64,000 nucleotides of DNA from an uncultured Phycisphaerales bacterium (GTDB taxonomy: Bacteria > Planctomycetota > Phycisphaerae > Tepidisphaerales > Tepidisphaeraceae). How positions within the stretch are numbered: the stretch's first letter is position 1; the number at the start of each line of letters is the position of its first letter. Location: assembly GCA_963758525.1 (NCBI GenBank), contig CAVWVQ010000003.1, positions 928,001-992,000 of the forward strand. Direction: 5' to 3'. Both the position numbers and the translations under genes were made by a program. The notes under the pieces are model-generated. The model saw nothing but the letters and a program-made list of their open reading frames with translations. It was not told the origin of the DNA and searched no databases. Positions 57,906 to 64,000 of the stretch are shown piece by piece.

Positions 57906-58844
57906 CTACACAACCGACGGATGTCTGATTACCTCAACCGAGCAATGCGCGTGGGCGGCGACTTCAGACGAGACGCTGCCAAGGATCAGTCGACGCAATG
58001 TGCCGATCCCGCGCGCACCGACAAAGATGCAATCAGCATTCCAATCGGTGGCTTCTTTCATCAGGACAAAGGTGGGATCACCCGTCAGAACCTGGTGCGA
58101 CGCCACCAAGCCGCCACGATGCAGATCATCGGCGGCATCGCGTATAGCGTGGCCGATCCAGGAGCGAAATTCCTCATATGTGTGCGTCGCGGAAGCAGCA
58201 TCCGATGAAGGGTCGCGGATAGTCAACGGGATGCCCGCGTCGATGACGCCGATGACGCGGGCTTCCGTTCCGGCCGGCCAGGCTCGACGGGCAACGGCAC
58301 TGACGGCTTGCGCGGCGTCAGCAGAGGCATCCACGCCGACAAGCAGGCGAATGGGTTCCGATCCTCCGCGGGCTGGGGGACGCGCGATTCGGACGGCGCT
58401 CTGGGAATGATTCAGCACATGCAGAGAGACGCTCCCCAGCATGAGCCGGCTCAAACCATGACGGCCGTGGCATCCCATCACCACCAGATCGGGCTTCCAC
58501 GATTGAATCTGCTCGACGATCATCTGGGCGGGCGTCCCGTAGGCCGTATCCGCTTCGATGGTCCACGCGGGAAACTCACTTCGCAGACGCTCCGCGGCGC
58601 CGCTGGCGATTTCCCGCGTCTGTTCCATCTTTTTGCTCGGCGCGGGCTGTGGATCCGGCTGTCGGAGCGGATACCAAGCCATCGGTGTCGAAAGGGCCTC
58701 AACCGGGTAGAGCGCCTCAGCCGGCACTTCCTCCGCCACCGTAAAGATCCGCGCGTCAACATCCGCGGGGAGTCCCGCGCGGTGCAAATCGTCCAACGCT
58801 GCGTCGGAACATTCCGACCCGTCATATGCAATAAGAAGTTTCAT
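57906..58844 (-). CDS. Universal stress protein (two Usp domains)
   Basis: KLLIAYDGS and LLVGVDAS; two G..G...L.R..LGSVS motifs. Confidence 0.92.
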   Translation of the reverse strand: MKLLIAYDGSECSDAALDDLHRAGLPADVDARIFTVAEEVPAEALYPVEALSTPMAWYPLRQPDPQPAPSKKMEQTREIASGAAERLRSEFPAWTIEADTAYGTPAQMIVEQIQSWKPDLVVMGCHGRHGLSRLMLGSVSLHVLNHSQSAVRIARPPARGGSEPIRLLVGVDASADAAQAVSAVARRAWPAGTEARVIGVIDAGIPLTIRDPSSDAASATHTYEEFRSWIGHAIRDAADDLHRGGLVASHQVLTGDPTFVLMKEATDWNADCIFVGARGIGTLRRLILGSVSSEVAAHAHCSVEVIRHPSVV

Positions 58845-59232
58845 GACTGTGTCTCCATTCCATGCCGCCCGCGGACGCGGACGACGATTCAATTTATTGA
58901 GACTTTGGTGCTGCCAGTGCTGCCACCTGCCAGTGCTTCCAGCCGAATTTCGCGCAACCTCGAAGCATCATGTCGTGGCGAAGTCGCGGCGCATATCGGT
59001 TTGATTCCCCGCACGCTGGTAAGGGAAAATACCAATACTCCATCAGTCGTTGGCTGGGCTAATCATCAGGTGGCTTGGCGTGACTGTCACACGTACATGG
59101 GCTGCATTGCCGAGGAAACCCCCGCCTTATGCCCGCAGCTTGCAGATCGCGGATACGGTCATCGCCCGCGAAACTGGGCTGTGGGACCATCAGACAGACA
59201 ATATCGTCCTCTTGGCGGCGAGAATGCAGGCG

Positions 59233-59541
59233 CTATCGCCCGCCAAGGGCCGTTGCACGTTCCGCAGCTTTATCCGCGATGCCGTTACAGACCAGTGAGC
59301 ACAGCCCAAAAACCAGCGGCATCTCAATGAAATAAATCACCCGGTTGCCTTCTTGCCGCCTGCCGATCACGCCGGCTGCTGCAAGAATCCCCAGTTGCTT
59401 GGACATGTTCGCCTGCTTGCTATCGCAGCGATCGACTAAATCACCCACACTCGCTTCACCGGCCTGCAAAACCTGCAGGATTCGCAGCCGGCTCGGCTCG
59501 GACAGCACGCTGAACAGCTCGGCCACTGCTTTAAGCTGCAC
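59233..59541 (-). CDS. ArsR/SmtB family transcriptional regulator
   Basis: AELFSVLSEPSRLRIL, QAN.SKQL, RR.EGN..IY, LCSLVC. True start may be 59588 if there is a 1-nt deletion. Confidence 0.9.
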   Translation of the reverse strand: MQLKAVAELFSVLSEPSRLRILQVLQAGEASVGDLVDRCDSKQANMSKQLGILAAAGVIGRRQEGNRVIYFIEMPLVFGLCSLVCNGIADKAAERATALGGR

Positions 59542-59606
59542 GGGCCCATCGCTTTGTGGGATTTTGCGGATAACCGACGGCCACTCATCAACTCGTTCTC
59601 CCGCGC

Positions 59607-59636
59607 TTGACTATATTACTATACAGTGATATAGTA
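59607..59636 (+). promoter_or_regulatory. Sigma70 promoter with overlapping palindromic operator
   Basis: TTGACT(59607)-17 bp-TATAGT(59630). TACTATA-N6-TATAGTA inverted repeat at 59617-59636, between the divergent arsR and cmd genes. Confidence 0.75.
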
Positions 59637-59689
59637 TATCCAGCACGGGGGTTGAAGGCAAGTTCTGGTCTCAAAGCATTGGAGCTGTC

Positions 59690-60064
59690 ATGGCAACGCA
59701 CGCACAGACGTACTATCAGTCCAACGCCGCGGCGATGAAAGAAGTCCGGGCCAGGATGCCCGACGTCATCAAGGGGTTTGGCGGACTCCATCAGGCCGCG
59801 ATGAAGCCCGGCTCGCTCACGCTCGTCGAAAAGGAACTGATGGCGCTGGCGATCGGCCTGTCAGTGCGATGCGAGAACTGCATCTATGCCCATCTTCGCG
59901 CGGCCGTCATGGCCGGTGCCACGCATGAGCAGGTTTTGGAAGCCGCAGGCGTCGCGGTGCTCATGCAGGGCGGGCCGACGTACACCTACCTGCCGTACGT
60001 CACCGAGGCGCTGACTGCTTTGGATGAAATCGCAAGCGCCACGCCGCAAGGGGTGGCGCGATGA
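59690..60064 (+). CDS. Carboxymuconolactone decarboxylase/AhpD-family protein
   Basis: EKELMALAI...RCENCIYAH...A..AGAT, M.GGP. Confidence 0.9.
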   Translation: MATHAQTYYQSNAAAMKEVRARMPDVIKGFGGLHQAAMKPGSLTLVEKELMALAIGLSVRCENCIYAHLRAAVMAGATHEQVLEAAGVAVLMQGGPTYTYLPYVTEALTALDEIASATPQGVAR

Positions 60065-60651
60065 ACACCATTACCATCGACCAACTCGCCGAGAAGGTGC
60101 GCGGCAGCGCGCGGCCGCGATTGCTGGACGTGCGATCGCCGGCCGAGTTCGCAGAAGTTCACGCGACGGGCGCGTGCCTCATCCCGCTGGACGAACTGAG
60201 CCCCGCGAGCATCGCCGGCCCGATTCTAAACTCCCAGGAGCCTCTGTACGTCCTCTGTCAGGCGGGATCGAGGGCCGCCGTCGCGTGCGAGAAGCTGGCT
60301 GCGATCGGCGTCGGCAATGCCGTCCGCGTTGATGGCGGAACGGTCGCGTGGGAAAACGCCTCCCTTCCCGTCACCCGTGGTGCATTCAAGACCATCTCGC
60401 TGGAAAGACAGGTGCGCATCGCCGCAGGGGCTCTGGTTTTGGTCGGACTCTCCTTGGCGTGGCTGATTCACCCGGCGTTCGCGGGACTCAGCGCGTTCGT
60501 CGGCGCGGGCCTGGTCTTTGCCGGCATCACCAACTGGTGTGGAATGGGAATGCTGATGGCAAAGATGCCTTGGAACCGGTGCGGCACAACGCCCGCCGGT
60601 GCAAGTTCGCTGCGCCATCAGAAGGGACATAACCACACCGGCCGGGAATGA
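60061..60651 (+). CDS. Rhodanese + DUF2892 protein (YgaP-like)
   Basis: DVRSPAEF..VH, LCQAGSRA, GG..AW; SLERQVRIAAG..FVGAGL.FAG.T.WCGM..L.AKMPWN. Confidence 0.92.
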   Translation: MNTITIDQLAEKVRGSARPRLLDVRSPAEFAEVHATGACLIPLDELSPASIAGPILNSQEPLYVLCQAGSRAAVACEKLAAIGVGNAVRVDGGTVAWENASLPVTRGAFKTISLERQVRIAAGALVLVGLSLAWLIHPAFAGLSAFVGAGLVFAGITNWCGMGMLMAKMPWNRCGTTPAGASSLRHQKGHNHTGRE

Positions 60652-61461
60652 CCCTCGGGGTGTTCGGGTTGCTGTCCAAAAGAAAGCGTGCGGCAGCGAT
60701 CAACAACCAGAGCCTGGCTACTCGAAAATTTTGATCCCCTCCATCGCCGGCGTGCTCGATGGCGCATTGCAATGCTCGCAGCGTTGGCGGCTGACGAGAC
60801 GCCGTTTCCCGCAGGATGGGCAGGGAACGGTCGCGATGCGTTGAAAAAGGGAGGCTACCAGAACGACGCCGGAAAAACCGAAGTGAAGCAGGGAGTTAAG
60901 GCTCGCGTTCCGTTGTCTGCGATTGATTCCGGAAGGACCGAGGGTGCGAGCACCCTCGGCGTTCGCCGGCGCCATCAGCTAATGGAGAATGAGCGGATCT
61001 CCGAGCCCATGAACGCCGGGCGGTGCTCGCACCCCCGGTTCTTCGCATCGAGCGAGACGGCGATCCCTGGGTTGGCCATGTCATGCACCATGGTCCGCGC
61101 CGAGCAGAATGCGAAGGGGGTCAGGCCGGTCAGGCCAGCTTCTTGGCCGTCCAGTTCCCCGGTTTACCGTGCGTTCCCTGGCTCGAAGGCTGCGATGCTC
61201 AGTCGGCGGTCAGGTCTTTCTCATGTGCTCAACCGCGCAACTGCCGGATGAATTCCAGCACCGAATCAGCGGGGACGCATATCTGTTATTGTCGCAACGC
61301 AAGCTATTTTTTGTTTTTTACACACCGCTCGAATACGTAAAATTCTGTAAAGTCGTGTAAAGCGAACCGCTGATTCCGAGCGGCGAACAAGGGTAGACCT
61401 CCCGGCGGTCACTCGCATTGTCCCGGATTGTAAAGCGGCTGTTTGCCCCCTCGCAGTCCGG

Positions 61462-61521
61462 GGTTCAAGTGCCGGGCGCGCCGGGACTGCTTGCGGCTTG
61501 GGGCCGGGCTCTTCGTTGTCG
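61462..61521. repeat. 60-bp dispersed repeat, copy 2
   Basis: 53/60 identical to 6809-6868. Confidence 0.85.
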
Positions 61522-61534
61522 CACCCGGTGCACC

Positions 61535-61570
61535 AAACAAAAAAGCCGACGGACCAATGTCCGTCGGCTC
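61535..61570 (-). terminator. Rho-independent terminator of the PA2169-family gene (family-G-like hairpin)
   Basis: Minus strand reads GAGCCGACGGAC-ATTG-GTCCGTCGGCT followed by a T-run. Confidence 0.75.
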
Positions 61571-61596
61571 ATTGTTCTCAACACGACCCTGCGGCG

Positions 61597-62040
61597 TTAT
61601 CCCTTCGTCCAGGTATCGCGCATCTGCTTCACGCGGTCGTGCGCCCGCTTCACTTCGGCGAATTGGGTGCGGACAACCGTCGCCACGTTGGCCGGGAGCT
61701 GGGCGCTCATGGCTTTTTCGTAGCTTTTCACGGCCGAATCTTCGCCGCGCTCGGCTTCATTGAGGATCGACTTTTCGCCGCCGCCCAGGGCGCTTTTGAT
61801 GTTGATCCAGCCGCGGTGTGCGGCGGCGGCAGCACTGCCGCTTACCTCGGGCTCGCCGCCAAAGGCTGCGACTTCGCTCTGCAACTCACGCGCGAAACGG
61901 GCGCGTTGTGCTGACAGCTCATCAAAGGTGGACTTGAGCCTGGCGTCTTTCACCTCTGCGCTTGCCGTCTGAAAGCCTTTCTCACCGTCCTTGAGGGTCT
62001 CGATCAGTTCGTTCAGTGCCGAAACAGTTTCCGTGGCCAT
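61597..62040 (-). CDS. PA2169 family four-helix-bundle protein (DUF2383)
   Basis: LNELIETLKDGEKGF, AHRGWINIKSA, EAERGED.A...Y..A. GAAGGAG RBS. Confidence 0.9.
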   Translation of the reverse strand: MATETVSALNELIETLKDGEKGFQTASAEVKDARLKSTFDELSAQRARFARELQSEVAAFGGEPEVSGSAAAAAHRGWINIKSALGGGEKSILNEAERGEDSAVKSYEKAMSAQLPANVATVVRTQFAEVKRAHDRVKQMRDTWTKG

Positions 62041-62562
62041 AACGATCACACTCCTTCAGAGCCGGCTTCAGAGCGGCTCTTACTGGTTGTCAATCTGCCC
62101 CCTTGCGTTGTGGTTGAGGTCGCACAACTCGTGCCGGTTGAGCAGGAAAACGCGCGGGAACATTCAAAAAGGTCAACGTCCGCAAACGAGCTCCTCCGCA
62201 TTCATTTGCCGCAAGGCAGGCTCAGGAACGCCCTGAGGTATCCGATGGGCCGAGAAGCTGGCCTCGCAAATAATTGGCGTTCTTCGAAACGGGAGGTACT
62301 CGCCACGACGCGGAAATCTGTCCGATGGCGAAAAACCGTCGCCCACTTCGACGATCTGTCGGTCGCGTCGAATGCCGGGCAGAGGCTCGGGCCCGTCCGC
62401 AAACGGCTGGGCGGTCGGGGGTTCGTTGTAGCGGATTGAATGGATCAATTCCCGCGGATTGCAATCCGTTGGCTTTGGGAGATTTCGGAAGCGGGTTTCA
62501 TGCGGCTTCAGGCGAAGCGTGCAGGCTGGAAGCGTTTGGCACAATGTTCTATCTTGCTGGCC

Positions 62563-63528
62563 ATGGGCAAGCGGTATCTCATCACCGGCGGCGCGGGATT
62601 CATCGGATCGCATTTGGCCGAGCGCCTCGTCGGGGAGGGAAATTCTGTCGTCCTGCTCGATGACCTTTCGACGGGACGCCGGGAGAATATCGAGACGTTG
62701 CTCGGGGATGCACGCGCTCAGTTCGTTCGCGACTCGGTCGAGAACCACGCGACGGTCAATATTCTGATGTCGTCGTGCGATGCGGTGTTTCACCTGGCGG
62801 CGGCCGTCGGGGTGCAATTGATTATCGATGAGCCGGTGCGAACCATCAGCACGACGATTCATGGCACCGAGGTTGTGCTCGAGGCTGCCAACCGATATGG
62901 GCGGCCGGTGTTGATCACCAGTTCATCGGAGGTGTACGGGAAAGGCACGCGGGTGCCGTTCAGTGAGGAAGATGATGTGGTGATGGGGCCGACGAAATCG
63001 AGCCGGTGGTGTTACGCGTACAGCAAGGGCATCGATGAGTTTCTCGGTTTGGCGTATCACACGCAATTCGGGCTTCCCGTGTCGATCGTGCGACTGTTCA
63101 ACACGGTAGGCCCGCGGCAGGTTGGAATGTATGGAATGGTGTTGCCGCGCTTTGTGGATCGCGCCGTGGCGAATCAGCCGTTGCAGGTGTATGGAGACGG
63201 GAAGCAGACGCGCTGTTTCTGTCATGTCAGCGACGTGGTCGACGCATTGATCCGCCTGATGAACGCGCCGGCGGCGGTCGGGCAGGTCTTCAACGTTGGC
63301 GGAGATGAGGAAGTGTCGATCAATGCGCTGGCGGAGCGGGTGATCCGGCTGACCAATTCCTCTTCCACGCTGGAGCATCTCACCTACGAGCAGGCGTACG
63401 GCCAGTCGTTTGACGATCTGACCCGGCGGGTGCCGCGCCTGGACAAGATCCGAAAGATCTTTCCCTTCTCACCTCGGATGAACCTCGAGGAGATCATCCG
63501 CTCGGTGATCAATCGCCGGGGGCAATGA
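62563..63528 (+). CDS. NAD-dependent sugar epimerase/dehydratase (extended SDR)
   Basis: TGGAGFIGSH, HLAAAVGV, SSSEVYGK, YAYSK, RLFNTVGPRQ. Confidence 0.93.
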   Translation: MGKRYLITGGAGFIGSHLAERLVGEGNSVVLLDDLSTGRRENIETLLGDARAQFVRDSVENHATVNILMSSCDAVFHLAAAVGVQLIIDEPVRTISTTIHGTEVVLEAANRYGRPVLITSSSEVYGKGTRVPFSEEDDVVMGPTKSSRWCYAYSKGIDEFLGLAYHTQFGLPVSIVRLFNTVGPRQVGMYGMVLPRFVDRAVANQPLQVYGDGKQTRCFCHVSDVVDALIRLMNAPAAVGQVFNVGGDEEVSINALAERVIRLTNSSSTLEHLTYEQAYGQSFDDLTRRVPRLDKIRKIFPFSPRMNLEEIIRSVINRRGQ

Positions 63529-63820
63529 AATATCGGACCCGCGCTGTGGGAGAAAGCGGCGTGGGCGAATTTCCGGGGGAGCAGGAGCAACTGTTTTGCA
63601 CGGCAGATCTGCAGGCTGGAAGCCCGCACCACGATGTGTGTCGCCCGAAATTCGCCCACTCCCACATAAAGCGTGCCAACGGCAAGTCCGAACACTGATG
63701 GTACCGCGCGTGTACTGTCTAACAGCGTGAGTCTCCAGACGTAACAGAGCAGAAGTGGAAAGGGGGCAACCGTCCCGGCGCAACTGGCGCCTGTTATCGC
63801 AAGCATTAGAAAATAAAGCC

Positions 63821-64000
63821 ATGCTCTGGATGCTTGCCCAAGTCCCGGGGTCTTTCCCGTCCAACGACGACGTGCTGTCCAACTACATGGACGTGTTCTA
63901 CGCCGCGTTCGTGGTTTCTTTCATTTTCACGCCGATCATGCGGACGGTGGCGATTTACTACAACATCATCGATCAGCCCGACCGCGTGCGCAAGCTCCAC
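63821..64000 (+). CDS. WecA/TagO-like (MraY/GT4 family) sugar-phosphate transferase, 5' partial
   Basis: Own translation gives ...FVVSFIFTPIMRTVA....IIDQPDRVRKLH at the window edge. Confidence 0.75.
   Translation, partial: MLWMLAQVPGSFPSNDDVLSNYMDVFYAAFVVSFIFTPIMRTVAIYYNIIDQPDRVRKLH

Noticed and set aside
60718..60975. CPSC..CEHC Zn-ribbon ORF
   Set aside because: Possibly a gene remnant, but there is no credible start or family assignment.

Overview
GC-rich bacterial DNA, most likely Planctomycetota (Phycisphaerae/Tepidisphaerales-like). This rests on a LEPR-XLL protein, an H-X9-DG (DUF1559) protein, a membrane-anchored ECF sigma factor and a Pirellula/Verrucomicrobium-type CxxCH heme domain. 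Layout: (1) 0.06-8.7 kb, accessory/defence-like block: two unknown ORFs (one missing from the ORF track), a yegL-yegK-yegI (TerY-P) triad, a DUF4236 gene, a truncated Y1/RAYT transposase, and an AAA ATPase bracketed by ~133-bp direct repeats. (2) 9.1-24.2 kb, alternative complex III (actABCDEF plus a small gene), SCO and an A2-type caa3-like oxidase with a subunit IV-cytochrome c fusion and two subunit III genes. (3) 24-56 kb, mostly housekeeping and envelope genes (metF, RRM protein, RNase HII-like, GDSL, ArnT-like, BI-1, alr, Gfo/Idh/MocA, LEPR-XLL protein, ECF, nadB, orphan nuoC, nth, GT2-MTase, FHA-DUF1559 fusion). (4) 56-62.5 kb, second accessory block (GH16, Usp, ArsR-CMD-rhodanese, PA2169). 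(5) An epimerase and a partial wecA-like gene. Intergenic DNA carries several REP-like hairpin families and paired inverted microsatellites. The most speculative lead is that both accessory blocks are bounded by the same outward-facing hairpin and share other non-coding repeats, suggesting REP/HUH-transposase-linked cargo islands. About a dozen frameshifts at homopolymer or CG-dinucleotide runs look like long-read errors, not real pseudogenes. All family assignments are by eye; no searches were run.
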